From: an uncultured bacterium
GTDB taxonomy: Bacteria > SAR324 > NAC60-12
Direction of reading: 5' to 3'
Length of the DNA: 27,006 nucleotides
Assembly (NCBI GenBank): GCA_964010765.1
Contig: CAXGMD010000049.1
Span: 1 to 27,006, forward strand
Shown here: piece by piece, positions 1-9,329 of the stretch
Numbering within the stretch: position 1 is the stretch's first letter
Layout: each line of letters opens with the position of its first letter
The notes under the pieces: generated by a model
What the model was told of the DNA's origin: nothing
What the model saw: the letters and a program-made list of their open reading frames with translations, nothing else
Database searches by the model: none
Made by a program: the position numbers and the translations under genes

Positions 1-60
1 TTCGCTGCAACTGGCAAACGTGTCAGAAGACTGCCAATCCGAAAGGAGGATCTGGCTTAG
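1..60 (+). CDS. C-terminal fragment of a xanthine dehydrogenase/isoquinoline 1-oxidoreductase-family molybdopterin-binding subunit (partial)
   Basis: Frame 1 reads FAATGKRVRRLPIRKEDLA-stop (TAG 58-60), matching the characteristic (NA)IFAATGKRxRxLP C-terminus of this family. Only 19 aa are visible. Confidence 0.7.
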   Translation, partial: FAATGKRVRRLPIRKEDLA

Positions 61-94
61 ATATCCATCGAAGCTGATTCAGGTTTAGATTGAA

Positions 95-1501
95 ATGACC
101 CCATCAATAGTCATTGTTGATGACTCCCGCAGCATTCGAGGGCACGTTCGCCGTGTCCTCGAATCTGCTCCAGAAACCTTTAGGGTAGTCGAGCACAAAG
201 ATGGACTGCAGGTCCTCCACTGGCTCAGCAAACTCTCCTCCAAAGAACTTCCTGACTTAATACTCCTCGACCGGAATATGCCTCATGTCACTGGAGATGA
301 GTGCATCCGGATACTCAAGGCTGATACCCACTGGAAAAACATTCCTGTTCTGTTTCTCACTGCCCAGGTCTCCACAGAGAACCTTGTCCAAGGTCTCGTT
401 CAACTTTCTGCAGATGACTACTTGCCCAAGCCATTCGCTGCAGATGAGTTGATCGCTAGGATTCAGGTTTTACTTCGCATGAAAAGAGCCGAGGATCAAT
501 CGAGAGATTTAAACAGACAACTTCAGAGCGCTTTTGATCAGCAGGTCTTGGCTTATCAAGAGTTAAAGACCACGAAGCTTAAGCTTGCAGAAACAGAAGC
601 AGCCAATCGGTTGACCAGGTTGTTCGAGAAGTTTGTACCGAAGGGCTTTTTAGAGAGAATCGCACCTGAGGGGCTAGAGTCTTTACGTTTTGGAACAGCA
701 GAGAGCGATGAGGCGACCATTCTTTTCAGTGACATTCGATCGTTTACGGATTTATCAGAACCACTTTCTCCCCAAGAGTTGATGGATTTTCTAAACGATT
801 ATCTAAAAATGATGAACATGTCGATCATGGTAAATCATGGTTTCGTCGATAAATTCATTGGGGATGCCGTCATGGCAATTTTTGACAAGACGGATCAGTC
901 AACAAATGATGCGAGGAATGCGCTGAATGCTGGGATGGGAATGCTACAAGTGCTGGGGACCATGAATCAAAAACGTCAGCGGCAAGGGCAAGTCCCAATT
1001 TCAATTGGAATTGGAGTACACACGGGACCTGTTGTTTTTGGAACACTTGGATTTGAAGAAAGAATGGATTCCACCGTATTAGGGGATGCAGTCAATTTAG
1101 CCTCAAGGCTTGAAGGGTTGACCAAATACTATGGAGCTTCTTTGCTCTTTTCAGATCAGACTCTGGAAACTCTCGGAGATCAACAAGATGGGCTGATGTT
1201 CAGAGAAATTGACCGGGTAATGGTGAAAGGGAGAAAGCAGCCGGTTACTATTTTCGAGTTGTTCAATAGCGAGAAGTCTGATGTGCAATCTGCAAAGAGG
1301 GCTGTGATGGAAAATCTTGAAGAACCACTGAGCTTGTACAGAACTCAGAAATGGGATGAGGCCGAGAAGATTTTCCGTGAGCTCGCTGAAAATCACCCTC
1401 TTGATTCGCTCCCTTCTATTTATGCGGAAAGGTGCCAGGAAATGCGAAAGAACCCTCCACCAGCCAACTGGGATGGTGTTCAGATATTCAATCAAAAATG
1501 A
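95..1501 (+). CDS. Response-regulator receiver domain fused to a class III adenylate cyclase with a C-terminal TPR-like tail
   Basis: REC motifs: VDDS, LLDRNMP (phosphoacceptor Asp), FLTA, PKPF. A coiled-coil-like linker follows. Cyclase motifs: FSDIRSFT, DKFIGDAVMA, GIGVHTG, DSTVLGDAVNLASRLE. The tail ends ...WDGV. Confidence 0.95.
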   Translation: MTPSIVIVDDSRSIRGHVRRVLESAPETFRVVEHKDGLQVLHWLSKLSSKELPDLILLDRNMPHVTGDECIRILKADTHWKNIPVLFLTAQVSTENLVQGLVQLSADDYLPKPFAADELIARIQVLLRMKRAEDQSRDLNRQLQSAFDQQVLAYQELKTTKLKLAETEAANRLTRLFEKFVPKGFLERIAPEGLESLRFGTAESDEATILFSDIRSFTDLSEPLSPQELMDFLNDYLKMMNMSIMVNHGFVDKFIGDAVMAIFDKTDQSTNDARNALNAGMGMLQVLGTMNQKRQRQGQVPISIGIGVHTGPVVFGTLGFEERMDSTVLGDAVNLASRLEGLTKYYGASLLFSDQTLETLGDQQDGLMFREIDRVMVKGRKQPVTIFELFNSEKSDVQSAKRAVMENLEEPLSLYRTQKWDEAEKIFRELAENHPLDSLPSIYAERCQEMRKNPPPANWDGVQIFNQK

Positions 1502-3507
1502 ATTTTGAAGCATTACCGGCAGAGGAATTTTTAGATGAAGCTCAAGAACTCCTGCAAGAGATTGAGGACTCCCTACTCTTACTGGAGGAAGAACCAAGCA
1601 GCTATGAAGTAATTCAACGATTATTTCGCTCCGCTCACACCCTCAAGGGTGGTGCTGCAATGGTTGGACTGATTGATTTAGCTAATGAAGCACACGAGTT
1701 TGAGGCAATTCTATCCAAACTAAGATCGGGTACCCTAAAAAGCTCTCCTCAAATTATCTCTGCCCTATTGAAAGGCAGAGATAATTTGCTTTCGTTGCTA
1801 AATCCCTTGATGAGTAGCTCACCAAATAATTCCTCCAGCAATGTTCAAAAAAAACCCACAGATCTTTCTCCAGATGAATCTAGCATTGAAGAGCTGACAC
1901 CGCTGAACAGATCTTCAATGCCACAAAGCAACACTTACCTAATTCATCTCAAATTTGATCCAGCTTGCTTGGAGCTTGGGCAAGAGCCAATGATGTTGTT
2001 GCGGCAGCTCGAGCAATTTGGGGAATTGACAGTAATCGCTCACACAAGTGATTTTCCCAACTGGTCTGATTTTGACCCTGTAAGATTGTACCTTTGGTGG
2101 AGTATTAAATTAGTCAGCAATAAGCCACTTGATGAAGTGGATCCACTACTGGAATTTTACCGAGGAGAACAATCGGAATTTCTGATTGAAGCAATAGAAA
2201 CTCCAGAAGAGAACGAACAGGAAGTTCAACAGGCTCACCAAAACATGCTTGCTCAAATCTCCGCTAAAGATGAGAAAATCGAGTATTCTGAACCAAGCCA
2301 AAATCCTGAACTGATGGAAGTTGATGTTTTAGAACTCCCAAAAACCAGCCAGACGATACGCGTTCCGGTTTCTAGATTAGATCGGTTGCAAAATTTGGTC
2401 AGTGAAACAGTCATCCGACAAGCTCGGCTCTTACGCCTTAATGATGCAATCCAGGCTACAGACGATCAATTGGGTGAGCAATTTCTTCAGTTTGTTGAAG
2501 ATAATGAACAAGCGGTCAGAGAGTTACAGGATCAAATCCAGCAAGTTCGTATGGTTCCAGTTGGGACAATCTTCGCTCCGATGAAGAGGGTTGTCCGTGA
2601 TTTTGCCAACCGCCGTCAAAAACAGATCAAACTAGACATTTATGGGGCTGAGACCGAGCTAGATAAAACAATCACTGAGCAGATTCAGGGGCCTCTGATG
2701 CACTTGCTTAGAAATGCCATGGATCATGGGATGGAAACTCCATCAGATCGAATTGATGCCGGGAAGAGCCCAACCGGCACGATAACTTTACAGGCTTCTC
2801 AACAACAGGGGTTTGTTATCGTTGAAATCGCCGATGATGGCCGGGGCCTGGACCCACAGAAGATCTTAGAAGCAGGCCGTAGGCTCGGAATGGTTGCTAT
2901 AGATCACCAGCCAAGCGAACAGGAAGTGCTTCAATTGATATTTCAACCAGGTTTCACAACCACCACAGAAGTCACAGAGACTTCTGGGCGTGGTGTAGGC
3001 ATGGACGCTGTAAAAAGAGATATTGAGGCGTTGCTTGGCAACATTGAAGTCAGCAGCCAACTTGGAAAAGGTACTGCACTCAAACTAAAGCTGCCTCTCT
3101 CGCTTGCAATTATTGAAGGGATGTTGGTTCGTGTTGGTAAAGAAATGTTTGTGCTGCCATTGTTGTTGGTCACCGAGACTCTTCGACCTCTTCCGAATCA
3201 GCAGAAGCGCTATAAAAATCAAGGCGAATTAATTGATATTCGAGGGCAGTATCTCCCCCTAGTACGGCTTCACCAGCGGCTCAAAATCGAGGGTGCTATT
3301 GATAAACCTGAAGAGGGATTGTTGATTGTCGTTCAACAGGGGACACAAAAATATTGTCTATTGGTTGACAGCATTGAAGATCAGTTGCCTGTTGTAATCA
3401 AGAGTCTGGAAGAACACTTCGTTCATATTCCAGGAATTGCTGGCGCAACAATACTTGGAGATGGTTCGGTGTGTTTTATTCTCGACGTCGCGGCTATTTT
3501 GAACTGA
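1498..3507 (+). CDS. cheA: Chemotaxis-family histidine kinase CheA
   Basis: Hpt (FRSAHTLKG), dimerisation (IRVPVSRLDRL), HATPase (HLLRNAMDHG, DDGRG, PGFTT, SGRGVGMD) and a C-terminal CheW-like domain. I place the start at ATG 1498, which overlaps the cyclase stop (ATGA), rather than 1432. Confidence 0.95.
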   Translation: MNFEALPAEEFLDEAQELLQEIEDSLLLLEEEPSSYEVIQRLFRSAHTLKGGAAMVGLIDLANEAHEFEAILSKLRSGTLKSSPQIISALLKGRDNLLSLLNPLMSSSPNNSSSNVQKKPTDLSPDESSIEELTPLNRSSMPQSNTYLIHLKFDPACLELGQEPMMLLRQLEQFGELTVIAHTSDFPNWSDFDPVRLYLWWSIKLVSNKPLDEVDPLLEFYRGEQSEFLIEAIETPEENEQEVQQAHQNMLAQISAKDEKIEYSEPSQNPELMEVDVLELPKTSQTIRVPVSRLDRLQNLVSETVIRQARLLRLNDAIQATDDQLGEQFLQFVEDNEQAVRELQDQIQQVRMVPVGTIFAPMKRVVRDFANRRQKQIKLDIYGAETELDKTITEQIQGPLMHLLRNAMDHGMETPSDRIDAGKSPTGTITLQASQQQGFVIVEIADDGRGLDPQKILEAGRRLGMVAIDHQPSEQEVLQLIFQPGFTTTTEVTETSGRGVGMDAVKRDIEALLGNIEVSSQLGKGTALKLKLPLSLAIIEGMLVRVGKEMFVLPLLLVTETLRPLPNQQKRYKNQGELIDIRGQYLPLVRLHQRLKIEGAIDKPEEGLLIVVQQGTQKYCLLVDSIEDQLPVVIKSLEEHFVHIPGIAGATILGDGSVCFILDVAAILN

Positions 3508-3517
3508 AAGAGGCCTC

Positions 3518-4057
3518 ATGGATTTCCAACCGCATCATGTGCTGGGGAATTTCAGTCTTCTAGATGAAGAAGATGAAAACTTTGATTATCAACTACTCCA
3601 TCACAATGGAGAACAGTGGCTTACTTTCAGGTTGGGGAAGGAGACCTATGGACTGGAGATTCTGCAAGTCCGCGAATTGATCAGTTATCCAGAGACCATC
3701 ACGCGCGTACCTAGGATGCCCTCATTTTTACTGGGTATGATCAATTTACGAGGAATGGTACTGCCCATAATGGATCTTCGAAAACGTTTTGAAATGGCTG
3801 AATATGAGACTGGCCCGTTCACAGTCATCATCATTGTTCAAATCAGAAGCAAAGTGATTGGTGTAGTAGTCGATTCTGTTGTGGATGTTGTGAATTTGCA
3901 GCAAGAAAATCTTTTAGAAGCTCCCGAAGAATCCACTGAACTAGACTCCAAGTTCGTTAAGGGACTCGCCAATCTGCGTGGAGAAATGGTCATTCTCCTA
4001 GATTTGGAACAATTACTAGCACCCGATGAATTAGAGCAACTCAGTATGCTCCGTTGA
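3518..4057 (+). CDS. cheW: Chemotaxis coupling protein CheW
   Basis: LTFRLGKETYGLEILQVRE, GMINLRG, VVVDSVVDV, ILLDLEQLL. AGAGG lies just upstream of the start. Confidence 0.95.
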   Translation: MDFQPHHVLGNFSLLDEEDENFDYQLLHHNGEQWLTFRLGKETYGLEILQVRELISYPETITRVPRMPSFLLGMINLRGMVLPIMDLRKRFEMAEYETGPFTVIIIVQIRSKVIGVVVDSVVDVVNLQQENLLEAPEESTELDSKFVKGLANLRGEMVILLDLEQLLAPDELEQLSMLR

Positions 4058-4073
4058 AATCCAGGTTAGCGTC

Positions 4074-5138
4074 GTGTTACCTCCCAAAATTCGTGTTCTG
4101 ATTATTGATGACTCGGCAATCGCACGAAATACTCTCAGCAGGATCTTGGAAACTGACCCAGAAATTCAAGTTGTTGGTACGGCTCCGGACGCCTTGATTG
4201 GGTTAAGAAAAATTAGTGAGTGCTTACCAGATGTTCTAACATTGGACGTCGAGATGCCCAAAATGGACGGACTGACCTTCTTAGAACGTCTGATGTCTTC
4301 CAAACCAATGCCAGTTGTGATGGTAAGCGCATATACTGCAGAGGGTTCCGAGACAGCTATGAAAGCCTTGGAATTGGGAGCTCTTGAAATCATTGAGAAG
4401 CCTCGGATTGATGTCAGTTCTGGACTTCAAGATCTTGCTCTGCAAATTACTGATAAGGTGAAAGCTGCCGCACAAGCAAAGCTCAAAACCCCTCAACAAC
4501 GATTCCATCAGCAAGTCATCCCAGGCAGACGAATTCGTTCAAATGCTAGCCAACTACCACGTATTGCCAACACACCCAACGTCATTGCTTTCGGGGCTTC
4601 TACGGGCGGAACCGATAGTCTTCGGGAAATTCTTGCAGAATTGTCCCCGGAGACTCCAGGGATCTTGATTGTCCAACATATGCCCAAAGCCTTTACCACC
4701 TCCTTTGCAAAAAATCTGGATCGGGTATCTAAAATCAGAGTCAAGGAAGCCGTCTCAGGAGATCGATTAGAACCTGGATTGGCCCTATTATCACCTGGTG
4801 ATCAACACCTTGAGTTGAGACGTGAGGCGTATGGTTATTGCGTTGAATTAAATTCTGGTGCCCTCTTCAATCGGCATAGACCCTCGGTGGATGTGCTCTT
4901 CGATTCAGTTGCTCAAAACGCCGGGATTGATTCAATGGGAATCTTGCTCACGGGTATGGGAAGTGATGGCGCAAAAGGGTTACTCCAAATGAGGCAAAAA
5001 GGGGCTTGGACGATTGCCCAAGAAGAAAGTAGTTGTGTCGTTTACGGTATGCCTAGAGTAGCAGTAGAATTGCAAGCACCTCGTGAAGTACTGAACCCTC
5101 AACAAATCATTGAACGTTTAGGGTTGCTTTTGCACTAA
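4074..5138 (+). CDS. cheB: Chemotaxis response regulator protein-glutamate methylesterase CheB
   Basis: REC domain (IIDDS, LDVEMP, EKP) plus methylesterase triad motifs GASTGG, QHMP and LTGMGSDG; RHRPSVDVLF. GTG start. Confidence 0.95.
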   Translation: MLPPKIRVLIIDDSAIARNTLSRILETDPEIQVVGTAPDALIGLRKISECLPDVLTLDVEMPKMDGLTFLERLMSSKPMPVVMVSAYTAEGSETAMKALELGALEIIEKPRIDVSSGLQDLALQITDKVKAAAQAKLKTPQQRFHQQVIPGRRIRSNASQLPRIANTPNVIAFGASTGGTDSLREILAELSPETPGILIVQHMPKAFTTSFAKNLDRVSKIRVKEAVSGDRLEPGLALLSPGDQHLELRREAYGYCVELNSGALFNRHRPSVDVLFDSVAQNAGIDSMGILLTGMGSDGAKGLLQMRQKGAWTIAQEESSCVVYGMPRVAVELQAPREVLNPQQIIERLGLLLH

Positions 5139-5180
5139 CTTATTGATAACTGGATATTTTTTGATATTCGTTTTCATTGA

Positions 5181-5226
5181 CTGAAGAATTCAATAATTTA
5201 GAAGTTGATCAATTATCCTTCTTCAG
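5181..5226. repeat. Interrupted inverted repeat between cheB and rpe
   Basis: CTGAAGAA (5181-5188) pairs with TTCTTCAG (5219-5226); inner ATAATT (5193-5198) pairs with AATTAT (5211-5216). Function unknown. Confidence 0.4.
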
Positions 5227-5253
5227 CAGATATCCTATACAGACAGTAAATGT

Positions 5254-5934
5254 ATGCCTGAAATCACCCTTTCTCCCTCAATTCTTTCTGCTGATTTTGC
5301 TCGTCTTGGTGAAGAAATTCGGGATGTATCCGAAGCAGGTGCAGACTGGATTCATGTGGATGTAATGGACGGTCACTATGTCCCGAATCTGACAATCGGT
5401 CCGGATGTTGTCAGAGCGATCCGTCCTTACACGTACAAGCCGTTCGATGTGCATTTGATGATTGAACCATATGAGCCCTATCTCGAGGCTTTTGCCAATG
5501 CGGGAGCAGACGTCATCACCGTTCATGTGGAGGCGGGTCATCACACTGATCGTGCAGTTCAACAGATTCGATCTAGGGGTAAGAAAGCCGGCGTTTCCCT
5601 TAATCCATCAACTCCCGAAAGTTCATTGGAGTATCTCATGGAGAAGCTGGATTTGATTCTGGTGATGAGTGTCAATCCAGGATTTGGAGGACAAACTTTT
5701 CTAGAATCACAACTACGAAAAATCCGAAGAATTCGAGAGATGATTGGGGATCGTTCGATTGAGCTGGAAGTCGATGGAGGAATCACACCTGAAAATATTG
5801 GAAAAGTTGTCGAGGCAGGTGCCAATGTAGTCGTAGCCGGCTCAGCGGTCTTTCAAGGTGGAACTTCAGCTGATTATAAGAAAAATTTGGATTCACTGCG
5901 GAAAGCAGCCAACGCTCACTACACTCCCAAATAA
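5254..5934 (+). CDS. rpe: Ribulose-phosphate 3-epimerase
   Basis: [50 protein letters not shown]. Confidence 0.97.
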   Translation: MPEITLSPSILSADFARLGEEIRDVSEAGADWIHVDVMDGHYVPNLTIGPDVVRAIRPYTYKPFDVHLMIEPYEPYLEAFANAGADVITVHVEAGHHTDRAVQQIRSRGKKAGVSLNPSTPESSLEYLMEKLDLILVMSVNPGFGGQTFLESQLRKIRRIREMIGDRSIELEVDGGITPENIGKVVEAGANVVVAGSAVFQGGTSADYKKNLDSLRKAANAHYTPK

Positions 5935-6629
5935 CGGCGGATTAATTCAGGATTTTTCCGAAGCTCTTTGCTCATCCCCTCCCAAACAATCCGTCCACGT
6001 TCCATTAGAAAATGTTGATCAACCAAACGCATCAGTTGCTCAAGGTTTTTGTCGATTAACAAAATTGATTGACCCTGCTCCTTTAGGGACTCCAACACAC
6101 CCCAAATTTCATCTCGAATCAGTGGTGCAAGTCCTTCTGTGGCTTCGTCCAGTATCAGCAACTTAGGATTAGTCATTAAAGCACGGCCAATCGCCAACAT
6201 CTGTTGCTCTCCACCAGAGAGAGAGTTGCCCAATTGGTCTCTCCTATCCCGGAGAATTGGGAACAAATCATAAACTTTTTTGAGATCCCAAGCAGAGTTT
6301 AGATTGTGCCGATTCGCTGCGGTTGCGAGTAAATTTTCTCGGACAGTCAGCAATGGAAAAATCTGACGTCCCTCAGGGACCAAACCGATACCCAGCCGGC
6401 TGATTCGATATGCTGGCCATTGCTGAACTTCCTGACCAGAAAATCGAACTTTACCTGCGCTTGCTTGAGTGATCCCCAAAAGGGAGCGAATTGTCGTAGT
6501 TTTGCCCATTCCGTTACGGCCAAGAAGGGATACCACAGTTCCAGAATATACTTCCAGATTTACTCCAAACAGAACTTGGGACCTTCCATAGGCTGCTTGC
6601 AGATTTTCAATTTGCAACAGGGATTTCAT
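5919..6629 (-). CDS. Liv/HAAT-family ABC transporter ATP-binding subunit (LivF-like)
   Basis: Walker [45 protein letters not shown]. Likely start MKSLLQ at 6629. Confidence 0.93.
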   Translation of the reverse strand: MKSLLQIENLQAAYGRSQVLFGVNLEVYSGTVVSLLGRNGMGKTTTIRSLLGITQASAGKVRFSGQEVQQWPAYRISRLGIGLVPEGRQIFPLLTVRENLLATAANRHNLNSAWDLKKVYDLFPILRDRRDQLGNSLSGGEQQMLAIGRALMTNPKLLILDEATEGLAPLIRDEIWGVLESLKEQGQSILLIDKNLEQLMRLVDQHFLMERGRIVWEGMSKELRKNPELIRRYLGV

Positions 6630-7365
6630 GCTCACCCAAATAGGCACTACAAACTTCTTTATTCTCCCGGATTTCACTAGGTGTGCCGGTGGCAATCACG
6701 TGCCCATAAACCAAAACGGACACACGATCTGCAACAGAAAATACTGCATCCATGTCATGTTCAATTAAAAGCATCGTGATCTTGCCCTTCAATTGCTGCA
6801 GCAGCTCGACAACCTTCAAACTTTCCTCGGGCCCCATCCCTGCCATCGGTTCATCTAGTAGCAACAATTTAGGTTCTAAAGCCAAGGCCATTGCCAGTTC
6901 TAATTGACGTTGTTGACCATGCGCCAAGGCATAAGCTGGGATCTCTGATTCTCGATCAAGGCCAACCTGCTTTAAATATTCTTTGGCTTTTGATCGTAAT
7001 TCAAAATCATTACGAGCTACTTTCCAAAATCGAAAACTGTGTCCTTGTTGACTTTGTAGAACCAAATTGACATTTTCCAAGGCGCTGAACTCAGGAAATA
7101 CTGATGTGATTTGGAATGATCGAACCAGCCCCAATCTCGGGCGAATTGTCTCTGGAACCTGCAAAAAATTTCTTCCATGAAATTTGATCAGGCCTGAATC
7201 AGGTTGTAGCGATCCACTCAACAGTGAAATCAATGTTGTCTTGCCTGCTCCGTTGGGCCCGATCAAAGCGTGGAGTTCTCCCTGATTAATTTGCAGACTG
7301 AGATTATCAGTGGCAGCAAGTGCTCCGAATCTCTTGTGGAGATGCTCAATTTGCAAAAGCGCCAT
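6607..7365 (-). CDS. Liv/HAAT-family ABC transporter ATP-binding subunit (LivG-like)
   Basis: GPNGAGKTT, RSFQ, LLLLDEPMAGM, IEHDMD, AYLG. Confidence 0.93.
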   Translation of the reverse strand: MALLQIEHLHKRFGALAATDNLSLQINQGELHALIGPNGAGKTTLISLLSGSLQPDSGLIKFHGRNFLQVPETIRPRLGLVRSFQITSVFPEFSALENVNLVLQSQQGHSFRFWKVARNDFELRSKAKEYLKQVGLDRESEIPAYALAHGQQRQLELAMALALEPKLLLLDEPMAGMGPEESLKVVELLQQLKGKITMLLIEHDMDAVFSVADRVSVLVYGHVIATGTPSEIRENKEVCSAYLGEHEIPVAN

Positions 7366-8374
7366 CGACCCCTTTCATCTGCTTGAACACCAACGCATGC
7401 AGACCCCCTTTTGCAAAAAGTACAATGCCGATGAGGAGTGGACCGAAAACTAACCGCCAGTGTTCGCTAAACAGGTATAGCCCTATTTCTTGAAACAGCA
7501 GAGGGAGAAATTCCTCGAGCAACAGGAAGACAATCGCTCCCAGAATTGGCCCAGTCCAAGTTCCAATACCTCCGAGGATCACCATGATCAGTAGGTCCCC
7601 CGAGCGAGTCCAATGCAAAAAATCGGGACTCACAAACTCCATGTGATTTGTTAACAGAGCACCCGAAAGGCCTGCCAAAGCACCTGCAATCACAAAGGCC
7701 ACCAGCATGTAGGGGTAAGGTGGAACTCCAATGGCTTTCAGACGTGTTTCATTCTGCCGCAGTGCATGCAATACCATCCCAAATCGAGACATGGAAAGTC
7801 TTCGCAAAAACCATGTTGCCAGACCTAGTGCAACTAAGCTGAGCCAATACATTTGCCGATCTTCACCCAAATCAAGACCAGGGATTTTGTTTCGTCCATC
7901 CATCATCATCAGGCCGTCATCTCCGCCATATTGTTCCAAGGAAACGAAGAAGTAGAAAAGCATCTGAGCAAATGCAAGAGTGATCATGATGAAGTAGATG
8001 CCTCTAGTTCTGAGACATAGAGCACCAATTCCAAGCGCCACTATCCCAGAGACAATCATGGCGAATGGGATAGAGATGAATCCCTCCAGGGTTCCAGGCA
8101 ATCCCAAAAAATTTGTTTCCTCGTATTGATGCCAAGCCAGAATGCCCACAACATAAGCACCCACTCCCACATAGGCTGAGTGGCCAAAGCTGACAAGCCC
8201 CGCAAACCCGACAAGCAAATTCAGACTCATGGCAGCAAGCGCATAGATCCAGATACGTGAGGCTGTTGAAACCAGATAGGGTTCATCCAGCCAATCAGCA
8301 AACCAGGGGAAGCCAATGAGTAGAATACCAACTCCCAACATTAGTCTTGCCTCAAAATTCTCAGAAACCATCAT
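7346..8374 (-). CDS. Liv/HAAT-family ABC transporter permease (LivM-like)
   Basis: Multi-TM protein with GLVSFGHS, YFIMITLAFAQM, GGDDG and MVILGGIG. Confidence 0.93.
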   Translation of the reverse strand: MMVSENFEARLMLGVGILLIGFPWFADWLDEPYLVSTASRIWIYALAAMSLNLLVGFAGLVSFGHSAYVGVGAYVVGILAWHQYEETNFLGLPGTLEGFISIPFAMIVSGIVALGIGALCLRTRGIYFIMITLAFAQMLFYFFVSLEQYGGDDGLMMMDGRNKIPGLDLGEDRQMYWLSLVALGLATWFLRRLSMSRFGMVLHALRQNETRLKAIGVPPYPYMLVAFVIAGALAGLSGALLTNHMEFVSPDFLHWTRSGDLLIMVILGGIGTWTGPILGAIVFLLLEEFLPLLFQEIGLYLFSEHWRLVFGPLLIGIVLFAKGGLHALVFKQMKGVDGAFAN

Positions 8375-9294
8375 CGAACACGACCGAGGACAGGAAGAAT
8401 ACCTTGCGGTCGAAAGATTAAGACTAACGCCATCAGCAGGTAAACCGACATTGAAGAAAGGGCAGCACCAATACTGTCTGCAAAATCAAGTGGAAGTATC
8501 AGGCGTAGACCACTTGCCAAAAATGCCCTTCCGAGGGTATCGACCATGCCAATCAATAGGGCACCAAATAGAGCGCCCCGAATAGAGCCCAATCCACCAA
8601 TCACGATACAAACAAAGCAAAGAATCAGGACGTTTTCTCCCATTCCTACTTCTACTGAAATCAACGGCCCTGCCAGGGCTCCTGCAAAACCCGCCAAAAG
8701 TGCTCCCAACACAAAAAGCCCTGTATTCAGTAGAGTCAAATTTACTCCCAAGGCCTCGACCATCTCCCGGTGAGTAGTCCCTGCACGAAGAAGCATTCCT
8801 GCCCGAGTGTGCGAAATTAACAAATACAGGAAAAAAGCGAGGAGCAGACCAGTACCAATGATCAGCAGTCGGTAGAGTGGGTAGAGCAGGCCGGGTAAAA
8901 TTTCTACAGAGATGCTTAGCGTCTCTGGCAAACTGAGGAAGAGAGGAGCACGCCCAAAGCAGATCGTCGTTAACTCATTCAGAAAAAGAATTAAACCAAA
9001 GGTTGCCAAAACCTGGTCCAGATGATCTCTACGGTAGAGTTGACGGATTATAACCAACTCCACGAGCCACCCCGTGAAAGCAGCAGCAGGTAAGGCCATC
9101 AACAGGCCCCACCAAAAAGAGCCTGTCCACTGCATTCCAATTGCGGTGGCGTAGGCTCCAACCATATACAAGGAACCATGGGCAAGATTGATTACCCCCA
9201 TGATCCCAAAAATCAGCGTCAACCCTGCGGACACAAGAAAAAGGAATACGCCGAATTGAAGACCATTCAGTAGCTGTTCAATCAGCAGAATCAA
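8371..9294 (-). CDS. Liv/HAAT-family ABC transporter permease (LivH-like)
   Basis: QLLNGLQFG, GLTLIFGIMGVINLAHG, IGGLGSI, FRPQG. TTG start; stop overlaps the next gene (ATGA). Confidence 0.93.
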   Translation of the reverse strand: MILLIEQLLNGLQFGVFLFLVSAGLTLIFGIMGVINLAHGSLYMVGAYATAIGMQWTGSFWWGLLMALPAAAFTGWLVELVIIRQLYRRDHLDQVLATFGLILFLNELTTICFGRAPLFLSLPETLSISVEILPGLLYPLYRLLIIGTGLLLAFFLYLLISHTRAGMLLRAGTTHREMVEALGVNLTLLNTGLFVLGALLAGFAGALAGPLISVEVGMGENVLILCFVCIVIGGLGSIRGALFGALLIGMVDTLGRAFLASGLRLILPLDFADSIGAALSSMSVYLLMALVLIFRPQGILPVLGRVR

Positions 9295-9329
9295 GTAATT
9301 ACTCTGGAACCGCTAACTTATAAGGGCCC

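Noticed and set aside
1432..1497. 22-aa N-terminal extension of CheA in the ORF track
   Set aside because: It lies inside the cyclase gene. The Hpt domain begins after ATG 1498, which gives a standard ATGA overlap.
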